In this document: positions 1 to 8,780 of the stretch, one piece after another
Numbering within the stretch: position 1 is the first letter of the stretch
Layout of the letters: each line of letters begins with the position of its first letter
From: Candidatus Beckwithbacteria bacterium
GTDB lineage: Bacteria; Patescibacteriota; Microgenomatia; UBA1400; CG1-02-47-37
DNA: 64,000 nt
Assembly (NCBI GenBank): GCA_043803225.1
Contig: JAZDKF010000026.1
Coordinates: forward strand, 2,250-66,249
Direction: 5' to 3'
The notes under the pieces: model-generated
What the model was told of the DNA's origin: nothing
Seen by the model: the letters and a program-made list of their open reading frames with translations, nothing else
Databases searched by the model: none
Made by a program: the position numbers and the translations under genes

Positions 1-186
1 GAACGGGTCCTGCCCGACTTTGCCGATAAAACTCACCGGCAAGCCCAACTTGGCCAAACCGGAAGCGGTATTTGCCGGGGCCCCGCCAAACTTTTTCAAA
101 AACCCTTCCGACTCTATCAAACTGCCCGTATTCATGGCAATCATGTCTATCAACAGCTCACCAAAACAAGTTATTTGTTGTTTCAT
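1..186 (-). CDS. PfkB-family carbohydrate kinase (fructokinase-like), N-terminal part, runs off window
   Basis: Manual translation from ATG at 186: MKQQITCFGELLIDMIA...KKFGGAPANTASGLAKLGLPVSFIGKVGQDPF; contains the PfkB signature GGAPAN/GKVGxD; ATGA overlap with the upstream gene. Confidence 0.9.
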   Translation of the reverse strand, partial: MKQQITCFGELLIDMIAMNTGSLIESEGFLKKFGGAPANTASGLAKLGLPVSFIGKVGQDPF

Positions 187-1361
187 GACCGCAGCTGTTC
201 TTTTCTGATCAGAATCTGCTTAAAAATATTATTAACATCATGAAAATCTGCAAACTCAAAATATGGTTGGCCGGTTTTCTTGACTTCCTCGACAAACTTA
301 GTCCCTCCGAGCACAAAAATACCTGCAGAAATACCGTTAGCGACACCTTGTAAACAACCTTCGTCAGATAAACCGTCAATGCTTAATAAATTGGCTAAAT
401 TTGGTCTAGTTATTACCCGCCTGGCTGTCACCACTTCTTTATCAATCGCTGTTACATCAGTGTTTTGTAAACCAGCAATATCCAACAAGTGGTCTCTTTT
501 TTCAACCGGGATTTGATTGATGCAGCTGGTGACGATCACCCGGAAGTTAGCGGAAATAATTGACAGGGGAATCCCCAAAGCCTTTGTCTTTTCAAAGAAC
601 TCTTCTACTCCCGGACGAAACTCCAATGTTCCCCCTATTGTCCTATAGACATCTTCGAGTTTTAATAATGCCTCTCTGGCATATCTGGCCATTACATACG
701 GCAAAACTCCTCGGCCATGTTTTTTCATGAAGTTTTCAAACTGCATCGCATGGGGCAAGTTGTTTAAATAGTCATCAGCCTTAGTTAAGGTTTTATCAAA
801 GTCCAGGCTAAATTGGACTCCGTCAAAGCGTAAAAGCCTCATCGCCACCCTGTCTATCATTTGCTCAGTTTGGCTTTTTTGTTCCCCGCCTTGGCTGAAA
901 AACTGTTTGTCTGCCTCTAAGTTTTTCTCTCCCACTGTGTTTAGTATGGCTAAATTTTCTGGTGTAGTAGCAATTAATCGTGCTTCTTTTAAACCCACCT
1001 TATAAGCATCAACCTGTCCCAACATTTGTTCCAGATGAATCAGGGCCGGACCATATACTTCAGGATAATCCGATCGCATCGCCGCCATCCATTCCTCGTC
1101 AGCCTTTTTATTCGTTTCATAAGTAAAATACACGGCTTTAATTTCCTCTAATAATTTGTAGTACTTATCTCCAGGCTCAGGGAATTTTGGAAGCTGTAGT
1201 TTATTACCAAAGTTATCTTTTTTTAATATATCAGCAGCCTGATTCCTTTCCTGTTTGGTTAACTCTCTTATATTTTTATTATCTAAAAAAGCAAACGGAT
1301 TAGTCATTTCACCCCCGACTGGAACCTTACTTCCCTTTTCACTTGCTACATCGTTCATCAT
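183..1361 (-). CDS. HAD-superfamily phosphatase (MtnX/PSP-like C-terminal domain) with ~180-aa unknown N-terminal extension
   Basis: HAD motifs SLDFDKTLT, RPGVEEFF..LSIISAN, DGLSD. Confidence 0.65.
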   Translation of the reverse strand: MMNDVASEKGSKVPVGGEMTNPFAFLDNKNIRELTKQERNQAADILKKDNFGNKLQLPKFPEPGDKYYKLLEEIKAVYFTYETNKKADEEWMAAMRSDYPEVYGPALIHLEQMLGQVDAYKVGLKEARLIATTPENLAILNTVGEKNLEADKQFFSQGGEQKSQTEQMIDRVAMRLLRFDGVQFSLDFDKTLTKADDYLNNLPHAMQFENFMKKHGRGVLPYVMARYAREALLKLEDVYRTIGGTLEFRPGVEEFFEKTKALGIPLSIISANFRVIVTSCINQIPVEKRDHLLDIAGLQNTDVTAIDKEVVTARRVITRPNLANLLSIDGLSDEGCLQGVANGISAGIFVLGGTKFVEEVKKTGQPYFEFADFHDVNNIFKQILIRKEQLRS

Positions 1362-1422
1362 TGGTTTCTCTGTTATTGTCAGATTCCCGCATTATACACA
1401 ATATATGTATCTCTTTGTCAAG

Positions 1423-1493
1423 TTGCCGGACCAGGATTCGAACCTAGAACAAAGGCTTCAAAGGCCTCTGTGATGCCATTTCACCATCCGGCA
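1423..1493 (-). tRNA. tRNA-Gln(TTG)
   Basis: Cloverleaf TGCCGGA/TCCGGCA; anticodon arm GAGGC-CT TTG AA-GCCTT; GGTTCGAATCC. Confidence 0.95.
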
Positions 1494-1499
1494 ATAGTC

Positions 1500-2750
1500 T
1501 TATTTTACCATGACCGCTTCTTTTATTCTCTTCACCGCCTCAATTAACGACTCCAAACTGCCGGCAATCGAAATTCTAATATACTCATCTTTTTCTTGAG
1601 CTAATCTTTTCCCAAAATGCTGTCTTGCTAGCACTGCCACGCCTCGTTTGCCTTTTTTGTCATAAGTCAATAAATACTGTCTCATTGCTTCTGAATCTTT
1701 TAACTTTAACTTTTTACATGCTTCCGTTACATTAACAAATAAGTAAAAAGAGCCGAGCGGACTATAGCATTTAATTCCTTCTATTTGATTCAGCGCTTTA
1801 ACAATCACGTCTCGCTTCTTTCGGTAAAGTTTAATTTCCTTCTGCGCTTCGAGCTGATTTTTGCCTAACACCGCTTCAGCCGCTCTCATGCAGGGAACGG
1901 GTAGATTAGACCAGAAATTAATCGCGAACGTGGTAAATTTGGCGCTAAAATCTTTAATCTTCGAAGCGGCAAAGCCTAATCGCAGTCCGGTCATTGCATA
2001 AGTTTTGGAAAAGCCGTCTAAAATAACCGTCCGTTCGGCCATGCCCGGCTGACTGACAATACTATCTGTCACCTTAAACTTATTTCCTTTATAACTGATT
2101 TCTTTTAAGCTATCTCCAAAAGCTATCCGGGAATAAATTTCATCGGCTAAAATATAAAAATCATATTTTTTAGCCAGTTTAGCTATTTCTGCTAGATCAT
2201 TTTTTTCCAACACTCCGCCGGTTGGATTAGATGGGGAGTTTAAAATCAACAGTTTGGTTTGCCGACTCACCAATTTTCTTAAATCATTAATCTCAAACTT
2301 AAAACCATTTGATTCTTTTAGTAGAATCGGTCTGGCTTTAGCCCCGGTAAAATTAACCATTGATTCATAAATCGGGTAGCCCGGGGTCGGATAAATTACT
2401 TCTTCGCCTCTATTAACCAAAATAAACATGGTGCCGCCGATAACTGGTTTGCCTCCTGGCGCCATAACAATATCTTGGGCCTGATAGCTTATTTTTCGGG
2501 TAACGGTTAAATATTTGGCGATTGCTTCTCTTAAACTATCGATTCCGGCTGAAGCCGTATAATGGGTTTCATGATTATTCACTGACTCAATCATGGCTTT
2601 GGTCGCGGCTTTGGCAATATTGCCGCTTGGTTCCCCGATATTTACCTTAACAATGTCATAGCCTTGTTTTTCCAAAGCTGCAATCTGCGGTCCGATTGCA
2701 AATGCATTTTCTGTACCTATCTTCTCAAAAACTTTTGATCCTGCTTTCAT
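1500..2750 (-). CDS. PLP-dependent aminotransferase class I/II (aspartate aminotransferase-like)
   Basis: NSPSNPTG, ADEIY, GFSKTYAMTGLRLG motifs. Confidence 0.92.
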   Translation of the reverse strand: MKAGSKVFEKIGTENAFAIGPQIAALEKQGYDIVKVNIGEPSGNIAKAATKAMIESVNNHETHYTASAGIDSLREAIAKYLTVTRKISYQAQDIVMAPGGKPVIGGTMFILVNRGEEVIYPTPGYPIYESMVNFTGAKARPILLKESNGFKFEINDLRKLVSRQTKLLILNSPSNPTGGVLEKNDLAEIAKLAKKYDFYILADEIYSRIAFGDSLKEISYKGNKFKVTDSIVSQPGMAERTVILDGFSKTYAMTGLRLGFAASKIKDFSAKFTTFAINFWSNLPVPCMRAAEAVLGKNQLEAQKEIKLYRKKRDVIVKALNQIEGIKCYSPLGSFYLFVNVTEACKKLKLKDSEAMRQYLLTYDKKGKRGVAVLARQHFGKRLAQEKDEYIRISIAGSLESLIEAVKRIKEAVMVK

Positions 2751-2756
2751 ATTAAA

Positions 2757-4757
2757 TTACTCCTTTAAACTCGTAATAACTTTTTTGGCAATAAATTCTG
2801 CACTTAATTTAAAGGCTTTCATTAATTCCCAAGATCCGCCGCTTTCCCCAAACTTATCCTCAACTCCGATCATTGCCATCTTTACCGGCTTGGATAAACA
2901 GGCTGTCATAATTACCCCGGCAACCAAATTACCCAAACCGCCTTTTTGGTGTTCTTCGGCGGTGACAATCAACTTGGTCTCTTGACCTGCTTTAATAATC
3001 GTCTTTTTATCTAAGGGTTTCAGTGTGTGTAAATTTATTACTCTGACTTTTATCTTAAACTCAGTTTCTAAAATCCAGGCCGCCCGCATTGCTTCGGCCA
3101 ATTCCGGTCCGCAGCTGATCAGAGTTACCTTTTCCTGCTCATTTTTATATTTAGACCCTAAAATTGTCTCAAACGCGTCAATAAAATTATTCTTAATTCC
3201 TCTAAACCTAATAACATTTGCCTGACCAAATACTAGAGGTGTTTTTTTGGTCGTTAAAATCGGCGTTGCTTCTCTGGCAAATCTGATATATTTTGGGCCC
3301 TTAACTTTAAACAGTAAATATTCTGTCAGTCTTTCTGTCTCAATTGAATCACACGGAACCGCTAAATTCATGTTCGGTAAAATTCCGACTACGGAAAACT
3401 CTTCTAAAGATTGGTGCGTCGCTCCGTCGGCACCGACCGAAACCCCGCCGTGCGCCCCGCCGAACATCACATTCAAATTGCCATAACAAATCGAAGTTCT
3501 CATCTGGTCAGCGTTTCTTTGCGAACAAAATACGCCATAAGTACCCAATACCGGCAATTTCCCTTCTCTGGCCAGTCCTCCGGCCACGGTAGTGGCGCTT
3601 TGTTCCGCAATTCCCATCGACAACCAGCGGTTTTTTCGGTCTTCAAATCCCTCATGAAATTTTGAAATCTGGATTGAATCAGAAATATCCAGACCCAAAC
3701 ACACTACTCGTTTATCGCCGCCTCGCTTCGCCAATGTTTTGCCAAAACCAAATCGGGTTGGTTCCATCTGCACTTTCATGGTTTCTCCATTGTTCCACCA
3801 ATAATCCCGTTTAAATTTCGGAACGCTTTTATTAATTAAAACCGTGGCCTTTTCCTGAAATTTTCTGGCTTTTTCTTTAAATTCAATCGGGTTTAACTCC
3901 TTATTAAGCTTTAATTCTTTCAGAGACTTTTCCAGTTCTTCATCATTTGGAGCCTTACCGTGCCACCCGGCCACATTTTCCATAAAGCTAACCCCTTTGC
4001 CTTTTATCGTTCTAAATACAATTGCCGCTGGTTTACCCTGAACTGCTTTTGCTTTTTCAAATGTGGTTAAAATCTCTTCCAGGTTATGGCCGTTAACCTT
4101 AAACACTTTAAATCCAAAACTAGTTAATTTTTCATTTAACCAGTCCAGTTTCATGACTGTTTCGGTATTGCCGTCAATCTGCAAATAATTTCTATCGATG
4201 CAAACAATTAAGTTATCTAAATTATAATGAGCCGCCTCCATCGCTGCTTCCCACATAGAACCTTCGGCCCACTCACCATCGCCGGTAATTGTATAAATTT
4301 TATGAGTTTGCTTGTTTAATTTAGCTGCTAAAGCCATTCCTACGGCTAAACTCAATCCTTGACCCAGTGATCCGGTGGAAACTTCCACACCCTTAACTTT
4401 TAACCAATGGGGATGACCTTGAAACTTAGAGCCAAATTTTCTAAGTAGTGCCGTCTCTTCAATCGGAAAGTATCCGGACATTCCTAAAGCGGTATACAAA
4501 GCCGGAGCCTTATGGCCGGCTGACCAAACCACTCTATCTCTATTTTTCCAATTAGGGTCTTTCGGATCGTGATGGAGCACAGACAAATATAAGGCTGCTG
4601 CAACATCCATCACTGACAATGATCCGCCGGAATGCCCGCTGCCGGCACAACTTATAGCTGTAAGACAATAACCCCTCATTCTGTTAGCTGTTTCCTTAAG
4701 TTTGCCTATCGAATACCGAACTCTTACCTTACCTGTCTTTGAATCTATGATTGCCAT
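2757..4757 (-). CDS. tkt: Transketolase (fused N- and C-terminal subunits)
   Basis: SGHSGGSLS, STGSLGQG, GDGE ThDP motif, GIAEQ, GADGATHQ. Confidence 0.92.
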   Translation of the reverse strand: MAIIDSKTGKVRVRYSIGKLKETANRMRGYCLTAISCAGSGHSGGSLSVMDVAAALYLSVLHHDPKDPNWKNRDRVVWSAGHKAPALYTALGMSGYFPIEETALLRKFGSKFQGHPHWLKVKGVEVSTGSLGQGLSLAVGMALAAKLNKQTHKIYTITGDGEWAEGSMWEAAMEAAHYNLDNLIVCIDRNYLQIDGNTETVMKLDWLNEKLTSFGFKVFKVNGHNLEEILTTFEKAKAVQGKPAAIVFRTIKGKGVSFMENVAGWHGKAPNDEELEKSLKELKLNKELNPIEFKEKARKFQEKATVLINKSVPKFKRDYWWNNGETMKVQMEPTRFGFGKTLAKRGGDKRVVCLGLDISDSIQISKFHEGFEDRKNRWLSMGIAEQSATTVAGGLAREGKLPVLGTYGVFCSQRNADQMRTSICYGNLNVMFGGAHGGVSVGADGATHQSLEEFSVVGILPNMNLAVPCDSIETERLTEYLLFKVKGPKYIRFAREATPILTTKKTPLVFGQANVIRFRGIKNNFIDAFETILGSKYKNEQEKVTLISCGPELAEAMRAAWILETEFKIKVRVINLHTLKPLDKKTIIKAGQETKLIVTAEEHQKGGLGNLVAGVIMTACLSKPVKMAMIGVEDKFGESGGSWELMKAFKLSAEFIAKKVITSLKE

Positions 4758-4815
4758 AGTTTAAGGATTTTTCCAGTGTCTCATTAAACCCTTATTCTGT
4801 CAAGCAATAATTTTG

Positions 4816-4888
4816 AGCGGGAAACGGGATTTGAACCCGCGACCTTCTCGTTGGCAACGAGACGCTCTACCAGCTGAGCTACTCCCGC
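4816..4888 (-). tRNA. tRNA-Gly(GCC)
   Basis: GCGGGAG acceptor stem; TCTCG-TT GCC AA-CGAGA; GGTTCAAATCC. Confidence 0.95.
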
Positions 4889-4898
4889 ACTACTGCAT

Positions 4899-5147
4899 TC
4901 AATTTCTGTATTTTACCAAATTTTCTTTTTTTATTCTTGACCAACCTTTAATCTCTCTTTCTCTCTTTAAAGCTTCAATTCTTGAATTAAAGCTTTCTTT
5001 ATGAACTAGCTGAACCGGTAGCTTCCCTCTAATTGACTTCGCTCCTCTCTTTCCAAAATTATGTTCCCAGATTCTTTTCTCAATATTAGCTGTACTCCCT
5101 GTATAAAAAGTTCCATCCTTACATTGAACAATATAAACATAAAACAT
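4899..5147 (-). CDS. Small GIY-YIG nuclease (YhbQ/UPF0213-like)
   Basis: FYVYIV..DGTFYTG..R..EHN..ALKRE..IKGWSR pattern. Confidence 0.9.
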   Translation of the reverse strand: MFYVYIVQCKDGTFYTGSTANIEKRIWEHNFGKRGAKSIRGKLPVQLVHKESFNSRIEALKREREIKGWSRIKKENLVKYRN

Positions 5148-5174
5148 TTTGTGTGCCTTTACTTCTCAAACCAA

Positions 5175-5216
5175 TGTGCCCCGCACTGAGGCCGACGTAA
5201 CCGTCGGCCGAAGTGG
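5175..5216. repeat. tRNA-terminal hairpin repeat copy 1 (at tRNA-Phe 3' end)
   Basis: GTGCCCC-GCACTGAG-GCCGACG taac CGTCGGC-CGAAGTG. Confidence 0.75.
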
Positions 5217-5286
5217 CAAGGATTGGAATCGGACCAATATCTGACGTTTTTCAGACGCCCGCCGTGACCAACTTGGCTACCTTGCC
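5214..5286 (-). tRNA. tRNA-Phe(GAA), atypical T-loop
   Basis: GGCAAGG/CCTTGCC-A acceptor; GGCGT-CT GAA AA-ACGTC; T arm ATTGG-TCCGATT-CCAAT. Confidence 0.88.
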
Positions 5287-5289
5287 GTT

Positions 5290-5317
5290 TGTGCTCCGCA
5301 CCGAGCGAAGCGAGGTG
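5290..5317. repeat. tRNA-terminal hairpin repeat copy 2 (at tRNA-Val 3' end)
   Basis: GTGCTCC-GCACCGAG-CGAAG-CGAGGTG. Confidence 0.75.
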
Positions 5318-5388
5318 ACCGCTGCAGGGATTGAACCTGCGACCCTTGCGATGTAAACGCAATGCTCTACCAGCTGAGCTAAGCGGTC
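5316..5388 (-). tRNA. tRNA-Val(TAC)
   Basis: GACCGCT/AGCGGTC-A; TTGCG-TT TAC AT-CGCAA. Confidence 0.95.
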
Positions 5389-5403
5389 TAATTTTAACAC
5401 AAA

Positions 5404-5431
5404 TGTGCTTGCACTGAACGCAGCGAAGTGC
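5404..5431. repeat. tRNA-terminal hairpin repeat copy 3 (at tRNA-Leu GAG 3' end)
   Basis: GTGCTT-GCACTGAA-CGCAG-CGAAGTGC. Confidence 0.75.
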
Positions 5432-5510
5432 CGGGAACAGGACTTGAACCTGCACGCCTTTCGGCATACGCACCTCAAGCGTACGTGTATACCAGTTTCA
5501 CCATCCCGGC
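5429..5510 (-). tRNA. tRNA-Leu(GAG)
   Basis: GCCGGGA acceptor; TACGC-TT GAG GT-GCGTA; long variable arm. Confidence 0.95.
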
Positions 5511-5570
5511 TGGTATCATCTATTCTACCAGAACTTTACCAATATCCTAAACCCTGCTATAACTTAAACC

Positions 5571-6122
5571 ATGAAATCACTTACTAATCGGGAACTGGCT
5601 CTCACGGCTGCTTTAGCCGCAATTTCTGCTGTCCTTCAGCTGATTCACTTCGGTTATCAATCACCTCAATGGGGGATGTGGCTTGATTTAGTGGCTGTCT
5701 CCTGGCTGATCGCTTTTTTTCTCTTTGGTTTTAAATCCGCCCTCTATGTTTCGCTTACCGGGGCTCTAGTTATTACTTTATTTGCCCCTGATACTTGGCT
5801 GGGCGCTTCAATGAAGTGGTTAGCTACAACTCCAATGTGGTTATCTCTTGCCTGGTTTTCAAACAAAAAATATTTAAAACTTAAAAATCTTATTCTGCCT
5901 CTGATTATTGGTTTAATCCTTCGCTCGTTGATCATTGTTCCAGTCAACTACTTTTATGCTATTCCTATCTGGACTGGCATGCCCGCAGCTGTAGCGATTA
6001 AAGTTATTCCCTGGTACATCATTGTCGGATTTAATACTATTCAGGGCCTTACCGATGTTCTCCTGGCTTGGACAATTGTTTTTCGCTTCCGTTTAAACCG
6101 TTTTGCCAGTGATCGATCATGA
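5571..6122 (+). CDS. ECF transporter S component
   Basis: About 6 TM segments, N-terminal AxxxA motif (ALTAALAAI), adjacent to A and T components. Confidence 0.82.
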   Translation: MKSLTNRELALTAALAAISAVLQLIHFGYQSPQWGMWLDLVAVSWLIAFFLFGFKSALYVSLTGALVITLFAPDTWLGASMKWLATTPMWLSLAWFSNKKYLKLKNLILPLIIGLILRSLIIVPVNYFYAIPIWTGMPAAVAIKVIPWYIIVGFNTIQGLTDVLLAWTIVFRFRLNRFASDRS

Positions 6123-6844
6123 AAATTGGTCTATCTCTTTCCCAGGTTTCTTTTGCCTATCAGAAAAATAAACCTGTCCTAAAATCAATTTCTCTGGAAA
6201 TTAAGCCAACTAGTTTTTTAGCCATTAGCGGTAATAATGGTTCCGGCAAATCCACTTTATCTTTGTTATTAAACGGCCTGATACCTAACCAAATTCAAGG
6301 CGATTTTTCCGGACAAGTTTTAGTTGACGGAGTTAGCACCGCTGCCAAACCAGTCAGCTTTTTTGCTTCTAAAGTCGGCTTAGTCTTTCAAAATCCGGAC
6401 TTTTCTATCTTTAACCTGACTGTCCAAGAAGAATTGCTGTTTGGCTTAACCAACTTAAAACTCTCACACCCGGAGCAGCGAATCAACCATGCCTTAAAAC
6501 AGGTCAGAATGGCTTCATTTCTTAAAATAGACCCTCAAACCTTAAGTTATGGCCAAAAGCAAAAAATCTGCTTGGCCGCTGTCTTGGCTTTAAATCCCGA
6601 CTACTTAGTCCTGGACGAGCCCACCTCAATGCTCGATCACCGCAGCAGCGTTGAACTTTATCAAATCCTAACCAGGCTGAATCAACAAGGAAAAACTATT
6701 ATTGTGGTCGAACACCATCTGGATCTAATTAAAACCTACACTCAGCAAACCTTAATCTTAGATCAGGGGAAAATTGCCGCTTTTGGTCTAACTAAATCAA
6801 TTCTAGCTAAAACTAAACTCTTAAATACTCTTGGCCTGATTTAA
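6119..6844 (+). CDS. ECF transporter ATPase (EcfA/CbiO)
   Basis: GNNGSGKST, FQNPD Q-helix, LSYGQKQ, LDEPT. Confidence 0.92.
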   Translation: MKIGLSLSQVSFAYQKNKPVLKSISLEIKPTSFLAISGNNGSGKSTLSLLLNGLIPNQIQGDFSGQVLVDGVSTAAKPVSFFASKVGLVFQNPDFSIFNLTVQEELLFGLTNLKLSHPEQRINHALKQVRMASFLKIDPQTLSYGQKQKICLAAVLALNPDYLVLDEPTSMLDHRSSVELYQILTRLNQQGKTIIVVEHHLDLIKTYTQQTLILDQGKIAAFGLTKSILAKTKLLNTLGLI

Positions 6845-6845
6845 T

Positions 6846-7367
6846 ATGTTCCCATTAATTTTACTCTTGGCTTTTTCCACTATTTTAATCTTTATCCGAT
6901 CCTGGCAGCTGCTGCTTTTTATTTTTGTGATTCTGATCGGAATAATCAGCCTTAAACAGTCAGTCTTTAAACGCTTAAAACCTTTACTTTTTACCCTTAT
7001 CTTGCTATTTCTCTTTCAACTGCTTTTAAATCAGACTCAGACCGTTTCTGTTCGGCTCACCCAAATGATTACTGCCGGCTTAAAAATTGTTAACTTAAGT
7101 TTATTGGTCTTTTACTACACTTCGACTCACTCTCCGGCTCAAATTAGTCAGGCTTTTTCTTTTCTGCCTGCTTCCGGCCGGCTGATTCTCACCATGACTT
7201 TTTCTCTAATTCCTCTGATTTTTAAAGAAGCTAAAACCATTCTGGTTTTACAAAAATCCCGCGGCTACCGCAGCCGCAATCCCTTGCCAATAATTATTCC
7301 CTTGCTTCACCGTACCTTCAAACGCTCTGAACAAATTGCTCTGTCTCTAACCAGCCGGGGATACTAA
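6846..7367 (+). CDS. ECF transporter T component (EcfT/CbiQ)
   Basis: Hydrophobic; two conserved xRG motifs (QKSRG, TSRGY). Confidence 0.85.
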   Translation: MFPLILLLAFSTILIFIRSWQLLLFIFVILIGIISLKQSVFKRLKPLLFTLILLFLFQLLLNQTQTVSVRLTQMITAGLKIVNLSLLVFYYTSTHSPAQISQAFSFLPASGRLILTMTFSLIPLIFKEAKTILVLQKSRGYRSRNPLPIIIPLLHRTFKRSEQIALSLTSRGY

Positions 7368-7372
7368 AAAAT

Positions 7373-7945
7373 CTATTTTTGTCTTTTAATTACCACACCG
7401 TAATATTGAGGAAAATCATTATAATCAGGGCTTGGGGGAATATCGGGAATTATCTTAACCGTACAATTTTGAATCTGTAAAGGTAAATTAGGAATGTTAC
7501 GACTATTAATTGTGACGTATAAATTTCCACTAGGTTTAAGTTGTTTAGCTAAATAAGTTAAAGAGTCTGTTGGATGAAGCATAGTTGCCCCAATAAATAT
7601 AATTGTGTCAAATAATTGATTAGGATTATTGTCAAAATAGGTTCCATAGCTTGTCCCATCAATTTTCATGGAAATTTGATAATTTTTATTAAAAACATCA
7701 ATTATCGGTATTGCTAATGACTTAGCCGTACCGATTAAAGTTAAACTTTGAATAGATCCATCAATAATTTTAGGTTCCAATAAAGCAACTTCTTCTAACC
7801 AATCTCCGGCACCAATAATCATCACCTCTCCACTAGCTTTAATATCTAGAGGTTTTATATGGTTTTGAAAATCTGTAAATGGAGGAAATCCAATAGAGCG
7901 AAGGCGGGAAACAATACTAGTAAGCGGTAGAGGTATTTCTGTCAT
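7373..7945 (-). CDS. Hypothetical protein, class I SAM-methyltransferase-like fold
   Basis: VMIIGAG, FDTIIF, LKPSGNLYV motifs; start moved to ATG 7945 because the ORF-track start overlaps a tRNA. Confidence 0.55.
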   Translation of the reverse strand: MTEIPLPLTSIVSRLRSIGFPPFTDFQNHIKPLDIKASGEVMIIGAGDWLEEVALLEPKIIDGSIQSLTLIGTAKSLAIPIIDVFNKNYQISMKIDGTSYGTYFDNNPNQLFDTIIFIGATMLHPTDSLTYLAKQLKPSGNLYVTINSRNIPNLPLQIQNCTVKIIPDIPPSPDYNDFPQYYGVVIKRQK

Positions 7946-7947
7946 TG

Positions 7948-8029
7948 TGCCGATGGCGGGACTCGAACCCACATACCTTGCGGCACACGCCCCTGAAGCG
8001 TGCGTGTCTACCAATTTCACCACATCGGC
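7948..8029 (-). tRNA. tRNA-Leu(CAG)
   Basis: GCCGATG/CATCGGC-A; CACGC-TT CAG GG-GCGTG. Confidence 0.95.
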
Positions 8030-8089
8030 CCTCATCAGCCTTTGGCTGAACTTGATTTATAGTTTAACATATGGGAAAGTAATATCCAG

Positions 8090-8674
8090 ATGAAATCGAT
8101 TTTCGCTATCTTATCATGGCTTTCTGCAACTGGAGTAACTTTAATAATTACTCTGGCGGTTTATGCTAATCTTGACCAAATTACCCAGCCATCGCTAAGA
8201 CCAAAAATTGAGTATGCCCAATCTGATTCGATTACCTCCAGAGCCGTACTGCCTGAAGTTTTGGGCGCTTTTACTTACTCGGTTAAATCTGACGATGCTA
8301 TTCCGGAAATCATTAAATCATACTTAAAACAATATAACTCGCCCTTACTGCCTTATGCTGATTATATTGTGACTTCTTCTCGCCGTTATTATATTGATCC
8401 GCGCTTGATTGTCGCCATTGCCCAACAGGAATCAAATTTATGTAAAAAAATTCCCTCTGATTCTCATAACTGCTGGGGCTGGGGAATTCATTCTCAGGGA
8501 ACACTTAAATTTTCAACTTACAAAGAAGCTATCGATACAGTTACTCAAGGATTGGCTCAAAACTATCTTGGAAAAGGTTTAATTACTCCTGAGGAAATTA
8601 TGGGCATTTATACGCCGCTGTCAGATGGCTCCTGGGCTAGGGGAGTTCAACAGTTTCTGGATGAAATGAATTAA
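8090..8674 (+). CDS. Membrane-anchored lysozyme-like (glucosaminidase/transglycosylase) domain protein
   Basis: N-terminal TM; IDPRLIVAIAQQES catalytic-Glu motif, NCWGWG. Confidence 0.75.
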   Translation: MKSIFAILSWLSATGVTLIITLAVYANLDQITQPSLRPKIEYAQSDSITSRAVLPEVLGAFTYSVKSDDAIPEIIKSYLKQYNSPLLPYADYIVTSSRRYYIDPRLIVAIAQQESNLCKKIPSDSHNCWGWGIHSQGTLKFSTYKEAIDTVTQGLAQNYLGKGLITPEEIMGIYTPLSDGSWARGVQQFLDEMN

Positions 8675-8698
8675 CCTCTAATATAAATTATTTTACCC

Positions 8699-8745
8699 AA
8701 AAAAAATCCATCAGTGTGCCCGGTGAGGCATTACCGACGGATCTA
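8699..8745 (-). ncRNA. Candidate ~47-nt hairpin small RNA
   Basis: Minus-strand TTGACA-17nt-TAATAT promoter; G-U-containing hairpin that forms only on the minus strand, followed by T8. Confidence 0.45.
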
Positions 8746-8751
8746 AAAAGG

Positions 8752-8780
8752 ATATTAGCATAAGTCTTATAATATGTCAA
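8752..8780 (-). promoter_or_regulatory. Sigma70-type promoter (minus strand)
   Basis: TTGACA (8780-8775), 17-nt spacer ending in TGC, TAATAT (8757-8752). Confidence 0.6.

Noticed and set aside
5175-5431. Regularly spaced repeats resembling a CRISPR array
   Set aside because: The spacers are complete tRNAs, the repeats are degenerate, and no cas genes are present
5159-5587. ORF-track ORFs 5159..5473, 5251..5478 and 5405..5587 (also 4813..5004, 1255..1473 and 10661..10852)
   Set aside because: They overlap tRNA genes and are artefacts of GC-rich tRNA sequence
7946-8035. N-terminal extensions of ORFs 7373..8035 and 15386..17257
   Set aside because: They read through tRNA-Leu(CAG) and tRNA-Val(GAC); the real starts are 7945 and 15491
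8706-8742. Resemblance of the minus-strand hairpin to a fluoride riboswitch (CGGTAATG..ACCG..CTGATG)
   Set aside because: The loop is too short, there is no pseudoknot partner and no downstream gene; kept only as an sRNA candidate
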